A model generated the notes under the pieces. It had not been told where the DNA came from. It ran no database searches and saw only the letters and a list, made by a program, of their open reading frames with translations. Of a stretch of 64,000 bases of DNA, positions 52,230 through 64,000 are shown piece after piece (position 1 is the stretch's first letter; every line of letters begins with the position of its first letter). The translations under genes were made by a program, and so were the position numbers. This stretch comes from Camelus ferus. Lineage: Eukaryota. The stretch lies in the NCBI RefSeq assembly GCF_009834535.1, contig NC_045696.1:48424001-48488000 (forward strand). The letters are read 5' to 3'.

Positions 52230-53730
52230 AGGAATGACATTATTCATTCCTGTTCAGCAGATGCGCTAAGCTTTGTTGGGGATCTAATGTCCTAGTCATT
52301 TAGAAGCTTATCATGTAATGAAGGAAAATGCAGTGCACAGTCAAACTAACAGAAAATAGTGTAAGTCAGCTGAATCAAGAAATGTGATACAAATAGGGAG
52401 TTTTATGGAGGAAATTTAAGGAAGGAAGAAATCTCATCACTTGGATGTCTGCCAAGGTGGAAGATGCTGACATTTGAGATAGATGTTTAGTGATAAATAC
52501 TAGTTTTATAGACATTTTGGTGGAAGAGGCTCCATGAGCAAAGTAGTAAGAAATACATGGATGAGAGTCAAGCAAAGAGTAATTCATTTTGTTTAAAACA
52601 TAAGTTCTATATGGTGAATGGCAGAGCAGGTTTAGTGTATTGTACACAGAGTCTTGATGTCACTGCTAAAGATAATCCAGCAGTAAGAATTAACAACACT
52701 GGATGACTGATTGTAATGGTGGCCAGTGACAAGAGAGGATTCTGGCTAGGAAGGATAGAAAAATGATAGTCCAATTGACTGAAACTAGGAAATCAGGTGA
52801 AATGATAATCTTAGAGGAATATCCAGTAATACAGATGTGAAATAATAAAACTTTAGGGCAAAGGTGGTAAGCTTGAGAAAGCTACATAGGCTTCCTGAAA
52901 ATTTTAGAGTTAGATTTGTTTCCCAATATCCAGTCCTCACTGTTAAATGTTCTTTCTCACCCTTTATTGCGGCCTCTGCCATTCAAGAGTCTCTATGCTT
53001 CCCACCTTTTATTTCATCTAATATAAGCCTTTTCACTACAGTTTGAGTATATTTGTATAAATATCTAATTTTCTGAAGATTATTTGCATTGCAGCCTTAT
53101 CATTACTCTCTGTAAGGAATGTGAAATATCAGTGATCAAGCCAAGAGGGGTGTGCTTTGGCATGAAGAAAGAGACTTCCTGTCCCCACTGAAATGAAACC
53201 GTAAGATACTTGCAAACCTGCTTGTGCGCAGGGTTACCCATGGCCTCTTGTAACCCAAAAATATGGAGCAAGAGATAAATTTGGATATGCAGATTAAAGA
53301 TGTAGATTCAGGAGTCATCAGTCAAGAAAAGAGAGGAAACTAATTTATTTATGTAACAAATATTTATTAAACATTTGCTATAAGCCAGGTACTCTGCCAG
53401 GTGATGGGGATATAATAGTGAAAACAGAGAATTGTCTTCTGTGAATTTTATTTTCAAGGAGAGAGACAGACAACAAAAAATGCATTAATAAGCATTTAAT
53501 GCATACATTCATAAATATGTAAATAATTTTTTGAAATTGATAAGTGTAGTGTACAGTAGGGAAAAGTGATAGAAAGACTAGAAAACATGGAAAATTGTAA
53601 TTTTAGATAATGAGGAAGGTACCATTCACAAGGTAACATTTGAGCATATTTGAATGGAGTATAGGAGTGAATTATGTGAGCATACAGAAAAAAAGTGCAT
53701 TCTAGCAGGAAAAACACCAGTGTTGCCACC
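52230..53730 (-). mobile_element. L2 fragments
   Basis: tattcattcctgttcagcag...tagaagcttatc; taacaaatatttattaaacatttgctataagccaggtactctgc. Confidence 0.7.
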
Positions 53731-53739
53731 AGAGTGACA

Positions 53740-54320
53740 TCTGGAAAGAGAGTTGAAATGAAACAGAATAATCCCTGTTTCTGTAGCTGGTCCTAATATT
53801 ATAATGGGTATTTATTATTTTACCTTCTCCACCACACATTCTCTATTTCTCTCACCTTAGACCAGCACTACAGCTAGTCTGGGTTGCTTGTTTGCTGCCT
53901 TTTGGTGTGACCTAGACTATCCCCAAGAGTTTAAATCCTTAATTATCTTGCCTTCTTGGGCCATGCCCACTGCATCTGCCCACTTACTGTTATCACTGGG
54001 CATGGACACACCAAGAAGTTCTCCATGAAGCCCGTCTTCCAGGCCTAGTCGTCCCTACTCCCATTGCATAGGAGTTGCCCTCATTCATAAGGACGACTAG
54101 AAGTAATTACCCTGTCTTCCTGGTAGTACAGCTGGTATCAGGGGCATGGAGAGGCCAGAGAGACTAGGGGCTAGTTGCAACTTCAGGTTCAATGGGGCCC
54201 TTGCTGTATCTCCTAGCTGAATTGCTTCTGCTGGAAACCAGTACGTCTAACCAACCCGATCCTCAGGTCATGGGAATGAAAAGACAAAGTCTGTAATCAG
54301 TTCACTGAAAAGGAAAGTTA
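53740..54320 (-). mobile_element. ERVL internal region (continues at 61690)
   Basis: Parallels the ERVL interior at ~3950-4740 (tgggcatggacacaccaagaag; caggttcaatggggccc). Confidence 0.6.
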
Positions 54321-54324
54321 AAGA

Positions 54325-54424
54325 GTTCTAGAAGAACATTGCTAAGATTTATGTCAGGGAATTTTTTGCCCATGTTTTCTTCTAGGAGGCTTATGTGTCT
54401 TGTCTTAAGTCTTTAAGCCTTTTT
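54325..54424 (-). mobile_element. Older L1 ORF2 fragment, left half (target of the young L1)
   Basis: acattgctaagatttatgtc...ttgcccatgttttcttctaggagg...aagtctttaagcc joins seamlessly to 61564 onward. Confidence 0.85.
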
Positions 54425-54745
54425 TTTTTTTAACATTTTTTATTGATTTATAATCATTTTACAATGTTGTGTCAAATTCCAGTGTTCAGCACAATTTTTT
54501 CAGTTATTCATGGACATATACACACTTATTGTCACATTTTTTTCTCTGTGAGTTATCATAACGTTTTGTGTAAATTTCCCTGTGCTATACAGTGTAGTCT
54601 ATTCTACACTTTTGAAATCCCAGTCTATCCCTTCCCACCCTCCACCCCCTGATAACCACAAGTCTTTACTCTCTATCTGTGAGTCTATTTCTGTCCTTTA
54701 TTTACACTTTGTTTTTGTTTGTTTGTTTGTTTTTGTTTTTGTTTT

Positions 54746-57700
54746 TTAGATTCCACATATGAGCGATCTCATATGGTATTTTTCTTTCTCTTTCTGGCTT
54801 ACTTCACTTAGAATGACATTCTCCAGGAGCATCCGTGTTGCTGCAAATGGCATTATGTTGTCGGTTTTTATGGCTGAGTAGTATTCCATTGTATAAATAT
54901 ACCACTTCTTCTTTATCCAGTCACCTGTTGATGGACATTTCGGCTGTTTCCATGTTTTGGCTGTTGTAAATAGTGCTGCTATGAACATTGGGGTGCAGGT
55001 GTCATCCTGAAGTAGATTTCCTTCTGGATACAAGCCCAGGAGTGGGATTCCTGGGTCATATGGTAAGTCTATTCCTAGTCTTTTGAGGAATCTCCACACT
55101 GTTTTCCATAGTGGCTGCACAAAACTGCATTCCCACCAGCAGTGTAGGAGGGTTCCCCTTTCTCCACAGCCTCTCCAGCATTTGTCATTTGTGGATTTTT
55201 GAATGACGGCCATTCTGACTGGTGTGAGGTGATACCTCATTGTAGTTTTGATTTGCATTTCTCTGATAATTAGTGATATTGAGCATTTTTTCATGTGCTT
55301 TTTGATCATTTGTATGTCTTCCTTGGAGAATTGCTTGTTTAGGTCTTCTGCCCATTTTTGGATTGGGTTGTTTATTTTTTTCTTATTGAGTCGTATGAGC
55401 TGCTTATATATTCTGGAGATCAAGCCTTTGTCGGTTTCACTTGCAAAAATTTTCTCCCATTCCGTAGGTTTTCTTCTTGTTTTATTTCTGGTTTCCTTTG
55501 CCGTGCAGAAGCTTGTAAGTTTCATTAGGTCCCATTTGTTTATTCTTGCTTTTATTTCTTCTAGGAGAAAATTTTTGAGATGTATGTCAGATAATGATTT
55601 GCTTATGTTTTCCTCTAGGAGGTTTATTGTATCTTGTCTTATGTTTAAGTCTTTAATCCATTTTGAGTTGATTTTTGTATATGGTGTAAGGGAGTGTTCT
55701 AGCTTCATTGTTTTACATGCTGCTGTCCAGTTTTCCCAATACCATTTGCTGAAGAGACTGTCTGTATTCCAATGTATATTCTTGCCTCCTTTGTCAAAGA
55801 TGAGTTGACCAAAAGTTTGTGGGTTCATTTCTGGGCTCTCTATTCTGTTCCATTGGTCTATATGTCTGTTTTGGTACCAATACCATGCTGTCTTGATGAC
55901 TGTAGCTCTATAGTATTGTCTGAAGTCTGGGAGAGTTATTCCTCCAGCCTCTTTCTTTCTCTTCAGTAATGCTTTGGCAATTCTAGGTCTTTGATGGTTC
56001 CATATGAATTTTATTATGATTTGTTCTAGTTCTGTGAAATATGTCCTGGGTAATTGGATAGGGATTGCATTAAATCTGTAGATTGCCTTGGGCAGTGTGA
56101 CCATTTTAACAATAGTGATTCTTCCAATCCAAGAGCATGGAATATCTTTCCATTTTTTAAAGTCTTCTTTAATTTCCTTCATCAATGGTTTATAGTTTTC
56201 TGTGTATAATTCTTTCACCTCCTTGGTTAGATTTATTCCCAGATATTTTATTACTTTGGGTGCTATTTTAAAGGGGATTGTTTCTTTACTTTCTTCTTCT
56301 GTTGATTTATCGTTAGTGTAAAGAAATGCAACTGATTTTTGAACGTTAATTTTGTAACCTGCTACCTTGCTGAATTCTTCAATCAGCTCTGGTAGCTTTT
56401 GTGTGGACCTTTTAGGGTTTTCTATATATAGTAACATGTCATCAGCATATAATGACACTTTTACCTCTTCTTTTCCAATTTGGATCCCTTTTATTTCTTT
56501 CTCTTGCCTGACTGCTGTGGCTAGGACTTCCAGGACTATGTTGAATAGGAGTGGTGATAGTGGGCATCCTTGTCTTGTCCCAGATTTTAGTGGGAAGCTT
56601 TTGAGTTTTTCACCATTGAGTACTATGCTGGCTGTAGGTTTGTCATATATAGCTTTTATTATGTTGAGATATGTTCCCTCTATACCCACTTTGGCTAGAG
56701 TTTTTATCATAAATGGGTGTTGAATTTTATCAAATGCTTTTTCTGCATCGATTGAGATGATCATGTGGTTTTTGTCCTTTCTCTTGTTGATGTGATGTAT
56801 TACACTGATTGATTTGCATATGTTGAACCAGCCTTGTGTCCCTGGGATGAACCCCACTTGGTCATGATGTATAATCTTTTTTATGTGTTGTTGGATTCTA
56901 TTTGCTAAAATTCTGGTGAGGATTTTGGTGTCTATGTTCATCAGTGATATTGGCCTATAATTCTCTTCTTTTGTAGTGTCTTTGCCTGGTTTTGGTATCA
57001 GGGTGATGGTGGCTTCATAGAATGAGTTTGGGAGTAATCCCTCCTTTTCAATCGTCTGGAAGAGTTTGAGAAGGACTGGTATGAGTTCTTCTTTGTATGT
57101 TTGGTAGAATTCCCCGGTGAAGCCGTCCGGTCCTGGACTTTTATTTGTAGGGAGGTTTTTAATTGCTATTTCTATTTCCTTTCTAGTGATCGGATTGTTC
57201 AAGTGTTCAGATTCTTCTTGATTCAGTTTTGGTGGACAGTATGTTTCCAGAAACTTGTCCATCTCCTCTAGGTTATCCAGTTTGGTTCCATATAGTTTTG
57301 CATAATATTCTCGTATGATATTCTGTATTTCTATTTTGTTTGTTGTAATTTCTCCATTTTCCTTTCGTATTTTGCTAATTTGTGCTCTCTCTTTTTTCTT
57401 CTTTGTGAGTTTGGCCAGAGGTTTGTCGATTTTATTTACTTTTTCAAAAAACCAGCTTTTGGTTTGGTTGATTTTTTCTATGGTCTTGTTAATCTCTATT
57501 GTATTTAATTCCTCTCTGATCTTTATTATTTCCTTCCTCCTGCTGCTTTTTGGGGCTTTTTGTTCTTCTTTTTCTAATTCATTCAGGTGGTGGGTTAAAT
57601 TGTTTATTTGAGATTGTTCTTCTTTTTTTGAGGAAGGCCTGTATCGCTATAAACTTCCCTCTTAGCACTGCCTTTGCTGTGTCCCATAGGTTTTGAGTGG

Positions 57701-58544
57701 TTGTGCTTTCATTCTCATTTGTCTCAAGGTATTTTTTAATTTCAGCTTTGATTTCCTCATTGATCCATTGTTTTTTCAATAACATATTGTTTAATCTCCA
57801 TGCTTTCCTTTTTTTCTCCTTTGTTTCTCTGTTGTTGATTTCCAGTTTCATGGCATTGTGGTCAGTAAAGATGCTCGAGATAATTTCTATCTTCTTAAAA
57901 TTGTTGAGGTTTCTTTTGTGCCCAAGTACATGATCGATCCTGGAAAATGTTCCATGTGCACTTGAAAAGAATGTATATCCTATTTTTGGGGGGTGTAATG
58001 CTCTGAAAATATCCACCAAATCTAGTTTTTCTATTGTAGTATTTAATTTCTCTGTTGCCTTGTTTATTTTCTGTCTGGAAGATCTGTCTAGTGATGTTAA
58101 TGCAGTGTTAAAGTCTCCAACTATGATTGTATTCCCATCAATATCCCCCTTTATCTCTGTTAGTAATTCTTGTATGTACTTAGGTGCTCCTATATTGGGT
58201 GCATATATGTTAACGAGTGTAATATCCTCATCTTGTATCACTCCTTTAATCATTATAAAATGTCCTTCTTTATCTTTCTTTATGGCCTTTGTTTTAAAGT
58301 CTATTTTGTCTGAAATCAGTACTGCAACACCTGCTTTTTTGGCTTTTCCATTTGCATGGAATATCCTTTTCCATCCTTTCACTCTCAATCTATATGTGTC
58401 CTTCTCCCTCAAGTGGGTCTCTTGTATGCAGCATATTGAAGGTTCTTGCTTTATTAACCAGTCTGCCACTCTGTGTCTTTTGACTGGAGCATTTAGTCCA
58501 TTAACATTTACAGTAATTAATGATAGATGTGTGTTTATTGCCAT
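54746..58544 (-). CDS. L1 ORF2p (APE endonuclease, RT, Cys-rich domain); one +1 frameshift at 57623-57629
   Basis: NVNG, IQET, GDFN, RIDH, TDHN endonuclease motifs; KSPGPDG, YRPISL, KAFD, QGCPLSP, YADD, YLG; CWRGC...HCWWEC. Removing one A from the A7 run fuses the 321-aa and 838-aa ORFs into 1265 aa. Confidence 0.95.
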
Positions 58545-58948
58545 TTTGAACTTATCTTTGCAGTTGAATTGGTATATCCTCTTTGTTCCTTTCTTCTTCC
58601 TTTTGTGGTTTGGTAATTTTCCTTTGTATTATCATGGATTTTATTTAATTTTTGTGACTCCTTTGTAAATTTTTGGCTTGTGGTTACCCTTTTTTGTAAA
58701 TCTATCAACCCATTACTATAACTGTTTTTATTAAACTGATAGTAACATGATCTCAAACCCATCCTACTGTTAAAAAAATTTAAAAAAGAAAGAAAAAGAT
58801 ATTCTATATTTCCCTGCCTCCCTCTCCCACTCTCAGTGATTTGTATGTCTTCTTTTATAATTTCATGTTTACTTTATTTGTAATTCATGAGTTATCACGT
58901 TTCCAGTTGTGTGTTTCTCATTTCTGTAGCATCCTGCTGCTTTTCTAT

Positions 58949-59852
58949 TTAGAATAGCCCTTTCAATATTTCTTTTAGCATGGGTTTAGTGTTGCTAAAC
59001 TCCTGCAGCTTTTTTTTTGTCTGTGAAACTCTTTATTTCTCCTTCTATCCTCAAGGATAGCCTTGCTGGATAAAGGATCCTAGGCTGCATCTTTTTTTCA
59101 TTCAGGGCTTTGAATATATCTTGCCACTCCCTTCTGGCCTGTAGTGTTTGTGTAGAGAAATCAGCTGAGAGCCTTATGGGGGTTCCCTTGTAACTTACTC
59201 TTTGCTTTTCTCTTGCTGCCTTTAGAATCATTTCTTTATCCTTGACTCTGGCCATCTTGATTATGATATGTCTTGGTGTGGGTCTATTTGGGTTCTTCCT
59301 GTTTGGGACCCTCTGAGCTTCCTGTACTTGGATATCTGATTCCTTCTTTAAGTTTGGGAAGTTTTCAGTCACGATTTCTTCAAAAACCTTTTCAATCCCC
59401 TTTGATCTTTCTTCTCCTTCTGGGACCCCTATTATGCGAAGATTGGGACGCTTTATATTATCCCATAGGTCCCTTATGCTATTTTCATTATTTTTTATTT
59501 GCTTCTCTTGTAGTTCTTCTGAATGGGTGCTTTCTATTGCCCTGTCTACTAGATCACTAATTCGTTCCTCTGCATTATCTAGTCGGCTTTGCACAGCTAT
59601 TAGATCATTCCTCATCTCTGTCAATGAGTTCACCCATTCTACTTGGCTCTTCTTTATAGCTTCAATTTCATTTTTGACATATTTTATATCTGTAAACACT
59701 ATCTCTTTTAATTCCTTCAGCAATTCGATCACTCCTTTTTTGAAATCTTGATCTAGTAGGCTATCGATGTCTATTTCGTTGATCTTTCTTTCAGGGGATT
59801 TCTCTTGTTCTTTTAATTGGGAAAGGTTTTTCTGCTTCTTCATCTTGCTCAT
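58949..59852 (-). CDS. L1 ORF1p (coiled coil, RRM, CTD); one +1 frameshift at 59010-59018
   Basis: RLDNAEERISDL, LWDNIKRPNLRIIGVPE, ENFPNL, ARREW, YPARL. Removing one A from the A9 run gives ...DKKKLQEFSNTKPMLKEILKGLF* (300 aa). Confidence 0.95.
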
Positions 59853-60339
59853 ACCTCTTTGGCACTGTGGTTTATGGAGTATCAGTTGTTTATTTTGGTC
59901 CTTAGGGATTTTATCTATCTGATGCCTATTTAGGAATAGAACTTAGGAAAAAAAGGAGAAAAAAATAAGAGAGAGAGAAAGAATTTTAAAAGAAGGGAGA
60001 AAGAGGGTTTGAAAACAGTGTATAATGAATAATAGAAGAGTGAGTTGAAGCAGAGTATTAATCGGGTTGAGACGTCCTTTTAAAACCTTTACAAAAAGGG
60101 GGGGGGAAGATGAATAGATGTATTTGAAACCTGTGTCTAATCAATAGCAGGACATCAAAACCCAGGAGAAATAGAAATGAATTAAGAAGTAAAAATTAAG
60201 AGAGTAATAGAAAATAGAACAGGTAAAAACAGATTTAAAAAAAGGCGGGGGGGGGGGGTTGTCGATGTTCTCCTGGAGTCTGTGTGCTTTTACTGTGAAG
60301 TCTTTCTGTCTTCGTCCTGTTTTGGAAGCTCAGCTTGCT

Positions 60340-61548
60340 GTTTTCAGAGGCCCTCCGTTGGCGCCCTCTTCTGTGCTGCTCCCAGCACCTGTCGCAAGCA
60401 GATCGCGCCTCCTCCTAACACTGGGTCAGGTGCAGCTCTCCTCTGCTGTGGGCGGGCGGGTCGCTGCCCCTCCGGATGCCGCAGTCAGATTTTGCAGACT
60501 GGCCAGGTAGGAGGGCGGGTCGTGCCCCCTCCCAGCACCTCGGTCAGGGGCTGTGTTCCTGCCCGAAAGGCGGGGGGCCGCTCTCGCTCTACCTGCGCCG
60601 CCGCTGGTAGTTCCGCTCTCTGTGCAGCTGCGCGCTCCGCCCTGGTCGGCGCCCCGCCCTGGTCGGCGCTCCGAGGGTGGGCTCGGGGAAGACCGAGGGA
60701 CAGCCCTGTCCCTGCTCCGAGCCAAAACCCAGCTCCTTGTTCGTCTTTGTGGAGCAAGTTCTCTGAGGGACCAGGATGGAAGGATCCTATCTGCCCCGGG
60801 CTGCAGGCCAGTCTCAGTCTGGCCTTTGAGGCTGCTAAGCCCTTCGGTGCGGTTGCAGGTTTCGCCCCCGCCCCCGCCTGAGTGCTCAGCGTGGAGGATA
60901 TGGCGGCTGTGCCTGAGCCCCGCCTCTCTTCCCCCGAAAACTTTCCGCTGGTTTTCAGAGATGGGGGTGTGCACCCTTCCCCCGAGAGCACATCAACCTT
61001 CCTGTTTTATGGAGGGCCCAGGTTGTTCTGCCCTGTGCACCCACAGCCACAGCGCGCAGCCCCTTACGTTCCCCCGGGGCTGCCTCCGTGCAGCCACTTC
61101 CGTCCTCCGCCCGGCTTGTGCAGCCTGGCCCTGCCCGCCGCTGCCGGCCCGCCTCTCAGGCTGGGTGTCGGGGGGACGCTCTGTGCCCGTTTAACTTAGT
61201 TCTGTTAGTCAAGGGCTGCTCTGTACAGATCCGAGCCTCGGAGGCTCCCCCTCCGTCCCGCTGGCCTCTCAGTTGGAGAGGGGAGACCCAGCGAGCGAGC
61301 GCCAGTCCTCCTTTGCCGCTCCCTCCCCGCGGGACCCGTCCCGCACTGCTTTGCCTTTTGTTCGTTCTTTTTTCCTTTTCTCCTACCAGATTTTTGGCGT
61401 CTTTATCTTTTGAAGAGGGCGATGTTCTGTCGGAGTTCCGCAGGTGCTCTGGTTGGCTGAGTGGGTCTGTAGATGTGGGTCTTGGTGTATTTGTGGGAGA
61501 GGGTGACCTGTGAGCGTCCTTCTACTCCGCCATCTTCTCCGTCTTCTC
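60340..61548 (-). promoter_or_regulatory. L1 5'UTR CpG island / internal promoter with YY1-type motif
   Basis: Only GC/CpG-rich segment in the window; AAGATGGCG at 61536-61528, 12 nt inside the element 5' end. Confidence 0.85.
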
Positions 61549-61688
61549 TCTTTAAGCCTTTTTGAGTTTATTTTTATGTGTGGTGTGAAGGAGTGTTCTA
61601 ACTTCATTGATTTACATGTGGCTGTCCAATTTCCCCAACACCACTTGCTGAAGTGACTCTCTTTTCTCCATTGTATATTCTTGCTTTC
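61549..61688 (-). mobile_element. Older L1 ORF2 fragment, right half
   Basis: [16 protein letters not shown] peptide; continues the sequence at 54325-54424. Confidence 0.85.
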
Positions 61689-61689
61689 T

Positions 61690-63320
61690 TCCAGTTACTT
61701 CCACCTTTTGGTTCTCAGATCCATGTATTCAATCTACAGAGGGCAAAGTACCACCTATCAACTGGTAGTTAAATGTATATACTGTATCCTGAACTCTGGG
61801 GAGTGTCATCCCTAATCTGGCACATTACCTGAGCCTTTAACAGACCATTCCACTATACAGTTTGGTCAACTACTTCTAAGCAGTGGGTTATATAGGACTG
61901 ATATATCCCATGCTGTGCACCCATTATTGCCCCTAGTATTCTTTAAAATGTGTGCAGTGCTCTGCAGCAATAGTGTATGGAATGCCATGTTAGTAGATGA
62001 GCTATTATTCTGTAAGCCCTTGGTTAGCTGTACTATCAGTGATATTGTGGACAGGAACACAAACTCATATCCACGGTATGATCCATTGCAAACAGAAAAA
62101 AATGACTGTTCCCTCTAGGAAATGTTCCAATATCGTTCACCTTCCACACACAGAAAATTGCTGTGTATTTAAGGAATGATGCTAGAACAATTCTCAGCAT
62201 CAGTCTCTTGGGTGGCATGCAAGGCATTCTACAGTGTCATTAGCTAATCAAGGATTTGAAGTAAGAGGGAGCTAAAGGCATTGGGTCCATACACATTCTT
62301 CATCTGTATCTTCAGAGTTTCTCTCTTCTTTGTACCAGAACCAGATGATGATGGAGAAATAAAATGACATCCATTGGATGTGTTATTCTCTCCATCTAAA
62401 ATATTTCCTTTAGAATTTCTTCTGAGTACACACTCACTAGTAGACATACGCTCTGTAGCTTTTCTCCTTGTGATAATTAAGTCTGCTCACTGGAAGACTA
62501 TATTCTCATACCTGTCATTAAGGCAACCTCTAATTAAGTTCATAATGAGGCTTACAACAGCTGACATCACAGTGCATCTATATGTTAGCCATTTCTCTGC
62601 TTTTCTCCTTTTGGGGGGTCAGTTTTTAACATGAATTTCTTCATAAGGTTATAGTTTGTGGAAGAAGCATAGGTACAATAGAAGTAGGTAATATGAGAGT
62701 TTGAGTCACCAGTATATATAATTTACTTATGCTTTTTGGAGCTTCTTGGGCCCAGTACAAAATATACCATTTGCAGTATACAGTGGCTACTGTGCCTGTC
62801 TGACTACATGATTCAGTGAATCTGATAATACCAAGCTCATGGTGGATAACTTCAGTTGCATAATCACTTGATGTTTCTGGTAAGACACTGGCAATGTTGA
62901 GCTCCATCCAAGCCATTTGCTCCAAGAGAACATGAATGGTTAAGAAATCTTCCCCCCTTATGCATTCCAGGAAACATCTGATGACCAAAGGTTGTCCTGT
63001 TCTTGCATGGTCTAAGACTCAGCTCTCCCATTCCTGAAGGTCTCAGATAAGACCTGTCTCTAATCGTTGTTGTGATGCTCGTAAGACTCACACATGACTC
63101 AGTTGTCTGCTTGTGTTTATCTAATCCCAGATCCCTTCCATTTCTTCAAGACATTTCTGATTAATTAATATCTCCCCATGTCAGTGACCTGAATAAAACC
63201 ATCTTGTTAATTGTTGCATTTTGACTTTTAGGACATTCTGGTTTTTTTGAGCCCCATGGTATGCCAGAAGCTGTTCTACAAATGGTGAGTAATTTCTGCT
63301 GTACTCTAAAAATGTTGTAC
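61690..63320 (-). mobile_element. ERVL pol relic (RNase H/integrase region)
   Basis: NYSPFVEQLLAY (~NYSPFEKQLLACY) and KWYILYWAQEAPKSISKL (~KWYIRDRAxAGPxGTSKL). Confidence 0.7.
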
Positions 63321-64000
63321 TGAGCATTTTTTCATGTGCCTTTTGATCATGTGTATGTCTTCCTTGGAGAATTGCTTGTTTAGGTCTTCTGCCCATTTTT
63401 GGATTGGGTTGTTTATTTTTTTCTTATTGAGTCATATGAGCTGCTTATATATTCTGGAGATCAAGCCTTTGTCGGTTTCATTTGCAAAAATTTTCTCCCA
63501 TTCCGTAGGTTGTCTTTTTGTTTTACTTATGGTTTCCTTTGCTGTGCAGAAGCTTGTAAGTTTCATTAGGTCCCATTTGTTTATTCTTGCTTTTATTTCT
63601 TCTAGGAGAAAATGTTTGAGATGTATGTCAGATAATGTTTTGCCTATGTTTTCCTCTAGGAGGTTTATTGTATCTTGTCTTATGTTTAAGTCTTTGATCC
63701 ATTTTGAGTTGATTTTTGTGTATGGTGTAAGGGAGTGTTCTAGCTTCATTGTTTTACATGCTGCTGTCCAGTTTTCCCAACACCATTTGCTGAAGAGACT
63801 GTCTGTATTCCATTGTATATTCTTGCCTCCTTTGTCGAAGATGAGTTGACCAAAAGTTTGTGGGTTCATTTCTGGGCTCTCTATTCTGTTCCATTGGCCT
63901 ATATGAGAAAACAGTGTGGAGATTCCTCAAAAGACTAGGAATAGACTTACCATATGACTCAGGAATCCTACTCCTGGGCTTGTATCCAGAAGGAACCCTA
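63321..64000 (+). mobile_element. Young L1 with 5' inversion, running off the window end
   Basis: 63321-63905 is a near-copy of 55280-55864; from ~63907 the opposite strand resumes (gaaaacagtgtggagattcctcaaaagactaggaatagac). Confidence 0.93.

Larger units (their letters stand above)
54425..61548 (-). mobile_element. Full-length young LINE-1 (~7.1 kb)
   Basis: Exact 15-bp TSD tctttaagccttttt at 54410-54424 and 61549-61563; poly(A) tail with AATAAA; 3'UTR, ORF2, ~400-bp spacer, ORF1 and a 1.7-kb CpG-rich 5'UTR. Confidence 0.98.

Noticed and set aside
55248..59751. Long plus-strand ORFs opposite L1 ORF1/ORF2
   Set aside because: Antisense shadows caused by L1 codon composition
60259..61513. 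Multiple overlapping 83-213 aa ORFs in the L1 5'UTR
   Set aside because: GC-rich, stop-poor sequence with mostly non-ATG starts; only the Kozak-ATG ORF at 60900 was kept as a candidate
61383..61607. [19 protein letters not shown]...RRRRRW
   Set aside because: Chance read-through from the older L1 fragment across the TSD into the young L1 5' end

Overview
AT-rich mammalian genomic DNA, probably camelid (inferred from a tRNA-Ala-derived vic-1-type SINE). It reads as gene desert or deep intron: I found no convincing host protein-coding exon, RNA gene or prokaryotic-type system. The window is a layered record of transposable elements. The dominant feature is a young full-length 7.1-kb LINE-1 on the minus strand (54425-61548) with a 15-bp target-site duplication (TSD), a CpG-rich 5'UTR and all catalytic motifs. 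Its ORF1 and ORF2 are each broken only by one extra A in a homopolymer. It is nested in an older L1 fragment, itself inside an ERVL internal region. Also present are three inverted (twin-priming-type) L1 insertions, a two-LTR ERV1-type provirus with PBS and PPT, solo LTRs, MLT1, MER5A, a Tigger/MER47-like element, and MIR and L2 relics. Several unique-looking stretches decode by eye as very old LINE ORF2 fossils: two CR1-type and one I/Jockey-group. There is also a 200-bp palindrome built from about 30-bp units. Family names and alignments come from visual inspection and recall, not database searches, and boundaries of old elements are approximate.
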